DNA of 64,000 nt from contig JBBQWR010000013.1 of assembly GCA_038210495.1 (NCBI GenBank), positions 15,310 to 79,309 on the forward strand, written 5' to 3'. Under the pieces are notes generated by a model. It was not told the origin of the DNA. It ran no database searches and saw only the letters and a list, made by a program, of their open reading frames with translations. Source of the DNA: Pirellulales bacterium (GTDB lineage: Bacteria; Planctomycetota; Planctomycetia; Pirellulales; DATAWG01). Every line of letters starts with the position of its first letter. Positions within the stretch are counted from its first letter, which is position 1. The translations under genes were made by a program, and so were the position numbers. This document shows, in pieces, positions 37,899 through 48,363 of the stretch.

Positions 37899-37999
37899 AG
37901 GATTTCGATTCGGGACAGCAGGTCCCCCTCGGATTCAGACACGACGCCCGTGCGACAGCAGTGCCCTTTTCAATTTCGGCGCCCAAACACCCTGCTGGG

Positions 38000-38140
38000 G
38001 CCTGCCGACGGGGTTATCTGACGGGCTGGAGTGGGAAAAGCACACTGGTCCCACGACGGACCTTCGCCCGCGTGGTCAAATGCCTTGCCAAGCAAGCGTT
38101 CGACCCGCAAGTTCCCTCGCTTCCTCGCCTCAGCGAAGAA
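38000..38140 (-). promoter_or_regulatory. ydaO-yuaA (c-di-AMP) riboswitch-like aptamer, copy 2
   Basis: - strand RNA: CGCUGAGGCGAGGAAGCGAGGGAACUUGCGGGUCGAAC … GCGGGCGAAGGUCC … CCAGCCCGUCAGAUAACCCCGUCGGCAGG. Same architecture as copy 1, with substitutions in the peripheral stems. Confidence 0.65.
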
Positions 38141-38418
38141 TTAGGCTGCACGAGTGGTTTATCGTAGCCACGGCCGCCCTGAATGCAAGTCGCGATGCGG
38201 CAGTACCTTGTCACTTGGCAGGACGACAGTCATAATAAATTGGGCAATTTGGGCAGTTGCTACCATGCCTCTTTCACCATCCGTTGGCGGAGCCGATTCC
38301 CAAACGCTGTTGTAGCCGCTGGCCCCATTTGGTAATCCAACGGACCCTTGTTGTTCACCCTGTTGCCAAAAACCTTTCAGCAGCCGGGGACGTTGAACCT
38401 CGTGAAAAAGCGGCGCGC

Positions 38419-39699
38419 ATGAGATCTCGCGTGGTTGTCACCGGCTTGGGATGCATTACGTCGCTCGGTTCGAGCTCTCAACAGCTTTGGAATCGACTGC
38501 TGCGGGGGGAGTCGGGCATTGGCCGGGCGACCCTGTTCGACACCACGAATTTCCCCACCCGCATCGCCGCTGAAGTCCGCGATTGGTCGATCGCCGACGC
38601 TGGTGAAGACCCCCGCCGCTGGAGCCATTCCCCGCGGCAGACGCTCTTTGCCGTCGCAGCGGCCAAACAGGCCTTCGCCGACGCGGGGCTCGGCGATGTC
38701 GCGCGCGACCCCAGTCGGCTCGGAGTCTATCTAGGCGCCGGCGACGTCTATCAGGATTTTGGGCAGTTCGTCAAAATTCTCGAGCGCTCGATGCGCCACG
38801 GCGAGATCGATTTGGGCGAGTATGCGAAGGCCGCATTTGAACTTCTCAACCCGGCCGACGAGTTGGAGCGGGAACCCCACATGGTCGCGAGCCATGTGGC
38901 GAGCCTGTTCGACGCACAAGGCCCCAACGTCAGCTCGTTCACGGCTTGCGCCGCCAGCAGCCAAGCGATCGGTGAATCGGCCGAGACGATTCGCCGGGGC
39001 GAGGCCGACATCATGATCGCCGGCGGCGCGCACAGCTTGATCCATACCTTCGGCGTCACGGGCCTAAGCCTGCTGACCGCGCTCAGCCGGCACAACGACG
39101 AGCCTTGTCGGGCGTCGCGCCCGTTCGATCGAGACCGCGATGGTTTTGTGCTGGGCGAAGGGGCCGGTATCTTGATTCTCGAAGGGCTCGAGCACGCTCG
39201 GGCCCGCGGGGCTCAGATTTACGGCGAGATCAACGGCTATGGCGCCAGCGCCGACGCCTACCGCGTGACCGATATTCATCCCGAGGGGCGCGGCGCGGTC
39301 GCTTGCATGCAGCGAGCCCTGGACGATGCCCGGCTCAACCCTGCGGACATCGACTATATCAACGCCCACGGCACGAGCACGCTGCTGAACGATAAAGTGG
39401 AAACGATCGCCGTCAAGCAAGTCTTTGGCAAGGCGGCTTATCGCACGCCGATTTCCAGCACCAAGAGCATGACGGGCCATTTGCTGGCCGCCGCCGGAGT
39501 GACCGAGTTGATCATCTGTCTGATGGCGCTGCGGGACGGAGCGCTTCCGCCGACGATCAACTACGAAACGCCCGACCACGAGTGCGATCTGGACTATGTG
39601 CCGAACGAGGCCCGCGATGCCCGCTGCCGGCACATTTTAAGCAACAGCTTCGGCTTCGGCGGCCAAAACGTGTCGCTCGTCGTCTCCCGGGCTGCGTAG
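38419..39699 (+). CDS. fabF: beta-ketoacyl-ACP synthase II family protein
   Basis: Internal ATG (MRSRVVVTGLGCITSLG). Active-site Cys region FTACAASSQAIG, YINAHGTST, KSMTGHLLAAAG and NSFGFGGQN. Confidence 0.8.
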   Translation: MRSRVVVTGLGCITSLGSSSQQLWNRLLRGESGIGRATLFDTTNFPTRIAAEVRDWSIADAGEDPRRWSHSPRQTLFAVAAAKQAFADAGLGDVARDPSRLGVYLGAGDVYQDFGQFVKILERSMRHGEIDLGEYAKAAFELLNPADELEREPHMVASHVASLFDAQGPNVSSFTACAASSQAIGESAETIRRGEADIMIAGGAHSLIHTFGVTGLSLLTALSRHNDEPCRASRPFDRDRDGFVLGEGAGILILEGLEHARARGAQIYGEINGYGASADAYRVTDIHPEGRGAVACMQRALDDARLNPADIDYINAHGTSTLLNDKVETIAVKQVFGKAAYRTPISSTKSMTGHLLAAAGVTELIICLMALRDGALPPTINYETPDHECDLDYVPNEARDARCRHILSNSFGFGGQNVSLVVSRAA

Positions 39700-39804
39700 C
39701 CATTGGTTGCAGCAACCCTTGCTCGACCGATTGTCCCGCCGTTAAGGTGACCGGCGAGTTAGTCCGTTGCTTCCACTCGATTTCGACCACCAAAGAGTAG
39801 CGTT

Positions 39805-40401
39805 TTGCCCATCCAGGCGATTATCTTCGATTGCGACGGCACGCTGGCCGACACGATGCCCGTGCATTATGAGGCGTGGATCGCCACGCTGAGCCGCTAT
39901 CTGGGGCTCTCGCTAAGCGAAGATCGGTTTTATGATCTGGGGGGCTGGCCGACGCTCGCGATCGCCGAATTGCTTCGCGCCGAGACGGGACAGTCATTCG
40001 ACCCGCAAGCCCTAGCGGCTGAAAAAGAACGGCAATTCGCAATCCGGCTCGCGGACGTGCAACCGATCCCGGCCGTTATCGATGTCGCCCGCAAGTCGCG
40101 CCGCCGGATGCCGATCGGAGTCGCGACCGGGGGCATTCGGCCCGTTTGCCAGGCGATCTTGGATCACATCGGGGTTGGCGGCTGGTTCGACGCGATGGCG
40201 TGCGCCGAAGACGTGCCGCGACACAAACCGGCGCCGGATATTTTTCTTGAGGCCGCGCGGCGTCTGGCCGTCGATCCTCGCAATTGCCAAGTTTATGAGG
40301 ACACAGATCCCGGGCTCGAGGCGGCGCGACGGGCAGGGATGGCAGCAATCGACGTGCGGACTTTCCATCGGCCGCGAAGAGTGACAGCGGTCCCATCATA
40401 A
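39805..40401 (+). CDS. HAD-superfamily hydrolase (beta-phosphoglucomutase-like subfamily)
   Basis: IIFDCDGTLADT (DxDxT motif I), GVATGG, HKPAPDIFL and YEDTDPGLEAA. Confidence 0.75.
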   Translation: MPIQAIIFDCDGTLADTMPVHYEAWIATLSRYLGLSLSEDRFYDLGGWPTLAIAELLRAETGQSFDPQALAAEKERQFAIRLADVQPIPAVIDVARKSRRRMPIGVATGGIRPVCQAILDHIGVGGWFDAMACAEDVPRHKPAPDIFLEAARRLAVDPRNCQVYEDTDPGLEAARRAGMAAIDVRTFHRPRRVTAVPS

Positions 40402-40477
40402 ACTGGTTAATCTCCAATTAGTTTCTTGCGGCAATTGAAGTCGTTGTTGTTTCAACTACGCTAAACTACGCCGTGTC

Positions 40478-41266
40478 ATGGAACCAAGGACGCTGCCGAT
40501 GAATCTTTTCGATTTGACCGACAAGGTCGCCATCGTCACCGGCGGTGGCAGCGGAATCGGAATGGGGATTGCGCACGGGTTGGCCGACGCCGGAGCGAGC
40601 GTGGTGATCGTCGGCCGCGATCGAGCGAAGCTAATCGCGGCGGCCGATCGATTGTCGAACGAGACAGGGCGAGCCGTGACGGCGATTGCCGGCGATGTGG
40701 CTGACGAAGCCCAAGTGAATTCCGCCGTCGCGGCGATCGCCGAGCGGTTTGGTCGGATCGACATTCTTTTCAACAACGCCGGCGTGACGATCCGCAAGCC
40801 GCCGCAGGACTTTTCGCTCGACGAATGGCGGCAGGTGATCGATGTCAATTTGAACGGCGTGTTTCTCATGTGCAAAGCCGTCTATCCGGCGATGAAGCGG
40901 GTGGGCGGGGGCAAAATCATCAACATCGGAAGCATGGCGTCGATCTTCGGCGCGAGCTACGCCTCGCCTTATGCGGCCAGCAAAGGGGCGGTCGTGCAAT
41001 TGACCAAAAGCTTGGCGTTGGCCTGGGCGGCAGACAAAATTCAGGTGAACGCGATCTTGCCCGGTTGGTTCGAAACGGAGATGACCGACCGGGCTCGCGC
41101 CGAAGTCTCCGGTCTGAGCGACCGCGTCGCCGCGCGAATTCCAACGGGCCGCTGGGCCAAGCCGGCGGACATGGTCGGCACGGCGATTTGGCTCGCCAGC
41201 CGCGCGAGCGATTATGTCACGGGGGTCGCCGTGCCAGTCGACGGAGGTTATTCGTCCATGATGTAA
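40478..41266 (+). CDS. SDR-family oxidoreductase (FabG / gluconate-5-dehydrogenase-like)
   Basis: TGGGSGIGMGIA (TGxxxGxG), NNAG, the YASPYAASK catalytic YxxxK, and PGWFETEM. Confidence 0.85.
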   Translation: MEPRTLPMNLFDLTDKVAIVTGGGSGIGMGIAHGLADAGASVVIVGRDRAKLIAAADRLSNETGRAVTAIAGDVADEAQVNSAVAAIAERFGRIDILFNNAGVTIRKPPQDFSLDEWRQVIDVNLNGVFLMCKAVYPAMKRVGGGKIINIGSMASIFGASYASPYAASKGAVVQLTKSLALAWAADKIQVNAILPGWFETEMTDRARAEVSGLSDRVAARIPTGRWAKPADMVGTAIWLASRASDYVTGVAVPVDGGYSSMM

Positions 41267-41362
41267 TTGCCGAGTGGGCATCGCCCACCGATTCCAAGAG
41301 GTACGTCCGTTTATGGTGGGCAGCCCATCCTGCTTTCTCAAAGTTTTTTCGAGCTTCAAACG

Positions 41363-43780
41363 ATGTTAAATGGCATCTTGCTTCTCGCGGCCCTGACCGC
41401 CGTATCGGCCGACCCGCAAACGACGACGATCACGGTCGACGCAGCCAAAGTCGTTAATCGCGTCTCGCCGCTGATGTACGGTTCGTGCATCGAAGACGTG
41501 AATCATGAGATCTACGGGGGTCTGTATGCACAGATGATCTTCGGCGAGAGTTTTGAGGAGCCGCCGCAACTGAAGTTGCCGGAGTGGAAGAATTTTGGCG
41601 GCGCGTGGTCCGTGCAGGATGGCGTCTGCTCCGTTAAATCGGACGCCGGCGCCAAGCTGCTTTGGACCGACGGTCCCACGCTTCTGGATGGGGTCGTTGA
41701 ATGCGACCTGAAATTCGACGACCATCCGGGCGATAGCGCCGGGCTCATCCTTCGCGTGCAGCAGCCGGGCGTGGGCGCCGATGCGTTTGTCGGTTACGAA
41801 ATCAGCATTGGTCCCTGGGGAAAATTTCTGCGACTGGGCCGTCATCGACACGACTGGAAATTATTGCAGCAGACGCCGATTGTGCTGGCGGACGGGCCCT
41901 GGCATCATCTTCGCGTCGAGATGACAGGTCCCAAATTGTCCGTCTACGTTGATGGCGCCGCCGCGCCGACGATCGTCTATACGGACAACGACGCTCCGCT
42001 CGCTGCCGGCAAGATTGGCCTCAGAACTTGGAACGCGGGGGTCCAGTTTCGCAATCTCGTGGTGGACGAGGGAACAAAGAAACGAGCGAAGCCCCAGTTC
42101 GTTATCGATCGCGGGGACGGCGTGAGCGGAATGTGGGACGCCGTCGCCGAGGGAGACGCACAAGCAAAATTTACTTGGGACGCGGATCGCCCTTTCAATT
42201 CGGCCCGATCGCAGAAGATTGAGCTCACCGGCGGTCGGGGCACGGCAGGCGTCGCCAACAGGGGGCTCAATCGCTGGGGGCTTGCCATTCGCGAGAACCA
42301 TGCTTACGCCGGACGAGTTTATCTACGCCAAGCCGGCTATTCCGGCAGCGTGACCGTCGCGCTTCAGAGCGCCGACGGCAAGAAAACATATGCCCACAAA
42401 AGCCTTGGTCCAATCGATAAGGATTGGCGGAAATTTGAATTCGTGATGCCTACGACGGAGACGGACACAACCGCCCGGCTGTCGGTGTCGATCGACAAGC
42501 CGGGCGCCGTTTGGATCGATCAGGTGTATCTGTGCGGGACGGGCGACGATCTGTTTCACGAACTGCCCATCCGAGGGGACATCGGCCGGGAACTGCAAGC
42601 TCAGGGGCTCACGGTGCTTCGCTACGGTGGATGCATGGTTAACGCCCCGGAGTACCGCTGGAAGAAAATGATCGGCGACCGCGACCGCCGGCCGGAGTAC
42701 CCAGGCTGGTGGTATCCCCATACAACCAACGGCTTCGGGATCGAGGAGTTCCTGCAATTCTGCGATGCGGCGAAGTTTGAGAAGGTGTTTGCCATCAACG
42801 TCGAAGAAACGCCGCAAGACGCCGCCGATCTGGTCGACTATTTCAATGGGCCGGTGTCGACGGAATGGGGCAAGCGCCGCGCGGACAACGGCCATCCCGA
42901 GCCGTATCGCGTCAACTACATCGAGATCGGCAACGAAGAAGCGACCGCGCCCCATTACATCGAGCGATTCAAACTGCTGCATGAGGCGATGCACGCCCGC
43001 GATCCGAAATTGCAATTCATCGTTGCCGCGTGGTGGGAGCCGGAGAATCCGGCGACTCGCCGGATCGTCGAGCAGTTGGACGGCAAGGCCGACCTGTGGG
43101 ACGTCCATGTCGGCGGAGACGATCTGCATGAGGGTCGTAGCGTCGACGCGCTGTTTACGCGAATGGAGAAACTGGTGCGCGATTGGGCGCCGGCGACGAA
43201 GCTGAAAGCGTGCGTGCTCGAAGAGAACGGCGGCCGGCATGACCTACAGCGGGCGCTCGGGCACGCGCGAGTGCTCAACGCGACCCAGCGGCACGGCGAT
43301 TTTGTGCTGATGGACTGCCCGGCCAATTGCCTTCAGGCGCTCGGACAGAACGACAACGACTGGAATCAGGGCCAAGTGTTTTACAACAGCGGCCAAGTTT
43401 GGGGCATGGCCCCGTTTTATGCCCAGCAGATGGCCGCGGGTGGCCATTTGCCTTGCCGCGTGGCCAGCGACGTGAGCGGCGACGACACGAACGTCGATGT
43501 AACTGCCACCCGCAGCGAGAATGGCGATACGCTGGTGCTCAAGCTGGTGAACGTGGCCGACAAGCCGCGCCGCTGCGACATTCGACTCGAGCATTTTGGG
43601 CCACTTGAGCCGACCGCAAAGGTGCAAACCCTGCGAGGCGCGCTAAGTGATGTGAACACGCCGGAGCAACCCGAGCGTATTCGTTCGGTGGAGAGCACGC
43701 TGGACCACGCGGCGGATCGCTTCGAATACGAGGCGCCGCCGTATTCGTATACCGTGCTGCGTATGAAGAAGCGATCGTGA
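41363..43780 (+). CDS. GH51-like alpha-L-arabinofuranosidase-family glycoside hydrolase with inserted DUF1080/LamG-like module
   Basis: Internal ATG with signal (MLNGILLLAALTAVSA). SPLMYGSCIEDVNHEIYGGLYAQMIFGESFE is a GH51 N-terminus. The insert is GGAWSVQDGV…GKIGLRTWNAGVQFRNLVV. The catalytic region includes LRYGGCMV and YIEIGNEE. Confidence 0.7.
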   Translation: MLNGILLLAALTAVSADPQTTTITVDAAKVVNRVSPLMYGSCIEDVNHEIYGGLYAQMIFGESFEEPPQLKLPEWKNFGGAWSVQDGVCSVKSDAGAKLLWTDGPTLLDGVVECDLKFDDHPGDSAGLILRVQQPGVGADAFVGYEISIGPWGKFLRLGRHRHDWKLLQQTPIVLADGPWHHLRVEMTGPKLSVYVDGAAAPTIVYTDNDAPLAAGKIGLRTWNAGVQFRNLVVDEGTKKRAKPQFVIDRGDGVSGMWDAVAEGDAQAKFTWDADRPFNSARSQKIELTGGRGTAGVANRGLNRWGLAIRENHAYAGRVYLRQAGYSGSVTVALQSADGKKTYAHKSLGPIDKDWRKFEFVMPTTETDTTARLSVSIDKPGAVWIDQVYLCGTGDDLFHELPIRGDIGRELQAQGLTVLRYGGCMVNAPEYRWKKMIGDRDRRPEYPGWWYPHTTNGFGIEEFLQFCDAAKFEKVFAINVEETPQDAADLVDYFNGPVSTEWGKRRADNGHPEPYRVNYIEIGNEEATAPHYIERFKLLHEAMHARDPKLQFIVAAWWEPENPATRRIVEQLDGKADLWDVHVGGDDLHEGRSVDALFTRMEKLVRDWAPATKLKACVLEENGGRHDLQRALGHARVLNATQRHGDFVLMDCPANCLQALGQNDNDWNQGQVFYNSGQVWGMAPFYAQQMAAGGHLPCRVASDVSGDDTNVDVTATRSENGDTLVLKLVNVADKPRRCDIRLEHFGPLEPTAKVQTLRGALSDVNTPEQPERIRSVESTLDHAADRFEYEAPPYSYTVLRMKKRS

Positions 43781-43805
43781 AACTTCGATCGTCGCGCTGG
43801 CAGCC

Positions 43806-46262
43806 TTATTCGTAGCGCAGGGCTTCGATCGGATCCAGTCGCGAGGCTTTCCACGCCGGATAGAAACCGAAGATAATTCCCACGCCGGCCGAGATCACGA
43901 CCGCCAGCACGATCACGGGAATCGACGGCTCCGTGGGCCAATTCTTGATCTGGCGCACCAGGATCGAAGTGATGCGTCCGAGGGCGATCCCGACCGCGCC
44001 GCCGAGTAAACACAGGAGAACGGCTTCGACCAAAAATTGCCGCAAGATTTGAAAGTCGCGGGCGCCGACTGCCATCCGCAAGCCGATCTCGCGGGTCCGC
44101 TCGGTCACGGAGACGAGCATGATATTCATGATCCCGACGCCACCGACGACAAGTGAGATCGCCGCGACGACCATCAGCAAAACGCCCATTTGATCGGCGG
44201 CCGACGACATCTTCTTTTGCACTTCGGTCATATCTCGGATGTCGAAATCGTTGCCCCGCTCGGGCCGCAAATGGTGGCGTTCGCGGAGCAGGGCCGTGAT
44301 CTGATCGATGGCCAACGGCACCTCGGCCGTGCTTCCCGCTTTGGCGATCATCATGTCGAAATTGATGAACCGCACGAGTTGCGGGGTGTCGGCTGCTTGG
44401 GCCACCGACGGCACATCGTACAACGACATGGCCGTCGGATAAAGATTATCGAGACTGTTAAGCGTCGCGGCCGCGTTTTGGGTATTCACGGTCTGCGCCG
44501 CGGCGGTGGTGCTCCCCGCGCCGCCGGCGTTGACCCGAAATTTGACCGTCGTCCAAGGAGCAATCACCGTGTCGTCCTGATCCTGGCCGAGCATGTTGGC
44601 GCCCTTTTTGGCCAGCACGCCGACGACGCGAAACGTCACGTTCTGGATTCGCACGTCTTTGCCCAGCGGCGATTCGTCTTGGAACAGCTCGTGCTTGAGC
44701 GTGGCGCCGATCAGGCATACATTGCTGCCGTTGTGGACGTCGCGGTCGGTGAACATCTCGCCTTCGTCGATCTCCCATTCGCGGACGCGGATATAAGAGG
44801 GCGCCGTGCCGCTGAGCGACTTGGGAACCCAATTGCGATTCCCATAGACGACCTGAGCGCGAGCCCACACGATGGGCGCCACCTCGCTGACGGCCGGACA
44901 TTGGCGCAGGATCTCGTCCATGTCGTCGGGCTTGAGAGTTTGAAAACTGCCGCTGCCGAAGCTAACGCTGCCGCTCATCGCGGCGCCCGGAAAGATCAGC
45001 AAGTTGTTGGCGCCCATGCTGGCGATGATTTTTTGGACTCCTAGCCGGGATCCTTGGCCGATCTCGGTCATGGCGATGACGGCGCCAACGCCGATAATCA
45101 CGCCCAGCGCGGTCAGAGCCGAACGGAGTTTGTTTCGCCGCAGGGCATTCAAGGCGGAGCGCAGCGTGATGGGCAGTAAATTGGGTAGGGCAAACCCACG
45201 CGGGCGGTGCTTCGGCGATGGCAGTTCGATTACCCGCGCGACGGCATCCGCGCGGCGCTGAGTTTGAGTCAAAACGTGGTCGATTTCGGTGACGATTGCG
45301 CTTCCGGTCGTCGATCGGCTGTAACTGGGCGCGCGCCGAATCTCCGCATCGGCCGTATGAATCATAGGATCGTCAACGGTCGCGACCGAGGCGGCGATCC
45401 GCGGCACGACGATTCCTGGCGTGCCTTCGGCCGATTCGAAGGCGCGGCCGCGCGAGAACGGCCAAAGACGCCGGCGCGACGCCGAATCGGCGCGAGATCG
45501 GCTATGCGGTCCTCGCGGTTCGCTGGGGCCGGCATGCGCGGGGCCGCTCGAAGTCAATTCAAGCAGCTCGGCCCGCTCCGGCGCCTGCTCCTCGACAATC
45601 AGTCCGTCCGCGACCTGGATGGTGCGATGAGCGAAGCTGGCGACTTTCGGATCGTGGGTGACCAGCACGACCGTGATTCCCTCGGCGTTCAGTTGCTGAA
45701 ACATCCGCAAAATCTCGACGCTCGTCTTGGAATCGAGATTGCCGGTCGGCTCATCGGCCAGGACGAGAGCGGGGCGGTTCACAAGCGCCCGGGCGATCGC
45801 CACCCGCTGCTGCTGACCGCCGGACATCTGCGACGGTTCGTGGTTGAGGCGATCTCCCAATCCGACTTCTTCCAGCAGCGACTGAGCCAGCCGGCGTGCT
45901 TCTTTGCCTGGCGGACGTTTGGCGGCGTAATCGAGCGGCATGACGACGTTGTTCTTGGCGGTGGTCCGGGGCAACAGATTGAAGCTCTGAAACACAAACC
46001 CCAGCTTGGCCGTTCGAACGAGCGCCCGGCGATTGGCGTTCAGGCCGCTCATCTCTTGTCCATCCAGCCAATAACGACCGGAGGTCGGCCGATCGAGACA
46101 GCCGAGAATATTCATGAGCGTCGTCTTGCCGGACCCCGACGCGCCCATCAGCGCGATCATCTCGCCGCGGCGAATCGTCAGCGAGACGCCTTTAAGGACG
46201 TTCAGATCGACTTCGCCGAGACGATAGGTCTTCGTGATATTTTCGAGCCGGATTAGGTCCAT
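43806..46262 (-). CDS. macB: MacB-type ABC transporter, fused ATPase + FtsX-like permease
   Basis: N-terminus [51 protein letters not shown] (Walker A), [15 protein letters not shown] and [12 protein letters not shown]. The C-terminal part has 4 TM segments and a periplasmic domain, ending …[21 protein letters not shown]. Confidence 0.9.
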   Translation of the reverse strand: MDLIRLENITKTYRLGEVDLNVLKGVSLTIRRGEMIALMGASGSGKTTLMNILGCLDRPTSGRYWLDGQEMSGLNANRRALVRTAKLGFVFQSFNLLPRTTAKNNVVMPLDYAAKRPPGKEARRLAQSLLEEVGLGDRLNHEPSQMSGGQQQRVAIARALVNRPALVLADEPTGNLDSKTSVEILRMFQQLNAEGITVVLVTHDPKVASFAHRTIQVADGLIVEEQAPERAELLELTSSGPAHAGPSEPRGPHSRSRADSASRRRLWPFSRGRAFESAEGTPGIVVPRIAASVATVDDPMIHTADAEIRRAPSYSRSTTGSAIVTEIDHVLTQTQRRADAVARVIELPSPKHRPRGFALPNLLPITLRSALNALRRNKLRSALTALGVIIGVGAVIAMTEIGQGSRLGVQKIIASMGANNLLIFPGAAMSGSVSFGSGSFQTLKPDDMDEILRQCPAVSEVAPIVWARAQVVYGNRNWVPKSLSGTAPSYIRVREWEIDEGEMFTDRDVHNGSNVCLIGATLKHELFQDESPLGKDVRIQNVTFRVVGVLAKKGANMLGQDQDDTVIAPWTTVKFRVNAGGAGSTTAAAQTVNTQNAAATLNSLDNLYPTAMSLYDVPSVAQAADTPQLVRFINFDMMIAKAGSTAEVPLAIDQITALLRERHHLRPERGNDFDIRDMTEVQKKMSSAADQMGVLLMVVAAISLVVGGVGIMNIMLVSVTERTREIGLRMAVGARDFQILRQFLVEAVLLCLLGGAVGIALGRITSILVRQIKNWPTEPSIPVIVLAVVISAGVGIIFGFYPAWKASRLDPIEALRYE

Positions 46263-46540
46263 TCAAGTATCCGCATTGAGCGATCGGCGGCAGGAGTATG
46301 TAGGAAGCGGCCCGCGGCGACACTCAATCTCTCGTCCGGCGCCGGGCCAAGGTTCCTGGCCGGAGCACCCCGAACGAGAATCGAAATCGCCGAGGAGAAC
46401 GCTGAGTCAGATCGACTGCCGATTTGCAAAGGAGGGCGTGTGCGGGTGGGCGGGAAATTTGGCAGCACCCGCATTCTAGCCGATTGGCGGGCTGGCCTCA
46501 AGAAATTTTTCCGCGCCCCCGAGGCCCCGGTCGCATAGCA

Positions 46541-47254
46541 CTATGCGGCCTGGCGCCGGCGAATCCCTCCACTGAGCAGCACAAGCCCGAAACCGCTAAC
46601 CAGTAGCGCCAGCGTCGCCGGTTCGGGCGCCGCCGTCAGATTGTCCATGCCGAACCGGCCGTTGAGCTTGTCGCCGACTTCCGCGGGCGACGCCGAGCTC
46701 AACACGCGAAAATCTCCCACAGACGTCAAAAATGTGGCCAGGGCAGTCGCCGAGTTGAGCGCCGTTAAGTTGGCGGCATTGATCGCAAAAACCGCATGAT
46801 GCCACGCGCCGTCGGCCGGTAGAACGAAAGCTGTCGTGGAAGCGTAACTCGGCGTTGCGCTGTTGCCACCGCTTTGCCGCAAGGCGATTCGCATGGATAG
46901 CGCCTGCGTTCCGAAATTCTCAAGATCCATCGCGATCGCGCTGACGCCCGCCGAAATGAAATTGCCGTCCCATTGATTAGCGTTGAACGAAATCAACCGC
47001 GAACCGCCGCCGAACGTCCCGGATGAAACCTGCAAATACCTGTCGCCCGAGCCGGTTGGTCCGCCGGTCGTCACGTTGACGGGGTCCGGCGCATTGGCGT
47101 TCGCCCAACTGGCGAGCGTGCCGTCTTGAAACGTGTCGATTTGTCCGTTCACGATCTGACCGGCAGGCGCCGAGTTCTGCCAAAGGGCTAACATTCCCAG
47201 GATCAACAGGACCGCCGGGAGCCATCTTACAAGAACCGTGATGTTTTTGATCAT
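46541..47254 (-). CDS. PEP-CTERM sorting-domain protein
   Basis: Internal ATG (MIKNITVLVRWLPAVLLILGMLAL signal). The C-terminus PEPATLALLVSGFGLVLLSGGIRRRQAA is a PEP motif, TM helix and basic tail. Confidence 0.75.
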   Translation of the reverse strand: MIKNITVLVRWLPAVLLILGMLALWQNSAPAGQIVNGQIDTFQDGTLASWANANAPDPVNVTTGGPTGSGDRYLQVSSGTFGGGSRLISFNANQWDGNFISAGVSAIAMDLENFGTQALSMRIALRQSGGNSATPSYASTTAFVLPADGAWHHAVFAINAANLTALNSATALATFLTSVGDFRVLSSASPAEVGDKLNGRFGMDNLTAAPEPATLALLVSGFGLVLLSGGIRRRQAA

Positions 47255-47594
47255 CGGAATATCCCGAATAAAAAGTAACGAAACGACAAGGCGCCTAGTG
47301 TCGACGAAAAATCGCGAGAAGATTGAGCGCCAGTGAGCACCGCTCAACGAAAGAACGGTCGCCGACGATGGACTTGGTTCAGCAGAATCGCGAAAACAAG
47401 AGTGCTATTCTTCAAAAGGCAATAGCACGGGCATCTGCATTAGCGGCCGATGGAAGATTCGCGGCTGAAAGGCCAAAAGATCCGAGAAGCCACCACTTAT
47501 ATAGCGACGGCCGTCGGAGGAAGCAACAGATTGGAAGAACTTTTTAGCCCCCCGATGCCATGTCCTTTGCCGCCGGCGCCGTTCGAGGTAGTTT

Positions 47595-48259
47595 CTACGC
47601 AAGCGCCTGTTGCAATTGAGCCTTGGTGATCGGCTTGCCAAGCACCTGATCGACGCCGTCGGGCATGTCGCCGGTGACGCACAGTCGGTCGGCCCAGCCA
47701 GTTAGCAGCAAAACGCGAGTGTTGGGGGACAAATGCTTGGCTGCCTTGGCCATCTCGCGGCCGTCCATGCCCGGCATGCCCAAATCGGTGATCAGCACGT
47801 CGATGGGCTCGACGCCAATCCGATCGATTACCTCGGCTCCGGAATTGGTCGTCGTCACATCGTGTCCCAATTGGCGCAGCATTCCTTGAAGCGCTTCGAG
47901 GACGCGTAGGTCGTCGTCGATGCAGATGATCCGTCGGCTGCTTTTTGGGGCCACCAACACAGGCGCAACTGGCGCCGCGGCAATTTCCGTTCGGGGCAGA
48001 CACAGGCGCATCGTCGTGCCGCGACCCAATTGGGAATCGACCTCCATCCGTCCGCGATGCCGCTCGGCGACACCGTGGACCCCGCGCTCGACCCCTGGAA
48101 CGACCTGCGTCCATTTGTCCCGCGATTCGGCCATTCTCGCCGGGCTGGCCGTGATTTGATCGCGATGTTATGCACGCCCTCGGGCGGCGCCTCGACGGTC
48201 ACCTTCTGTTCTCCCGACCGTCCTTCCCAGCCGGCTAGGACATAATGACCGGGAGCCTA
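47595..48259 (-). pseudogene. remnant of a hybrid histidine kinase (decayed HATPase_c tail + intact receiver domain)
   Basis: ORF 47595..48134 begins inside an HATPase_c C-terminus (…GVHGVAERHRGRMEVDSQLGRGTTMRLCLP), followed by a REC domain (RIICIDDD…VLITDLGMPGMDG…GKP). Upstream kinase-like sequence (PGHYVLAGWEGRSGEQKVTVEAPPEGV) is in another frame and is bounded by a stop at about 48259. No HisKA or sensor region is present. Confidence 0.55.
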
Positions 48260-48363
48260 GGGAAAGGTCTACCACGACGATGGCCATTCGAATGTTCCAG
48301 AACGGGACTTTCGACGAGACGCCTCCGTCCCGGCCCCATGTGTTCCGCCGGACCCAGACCTCG

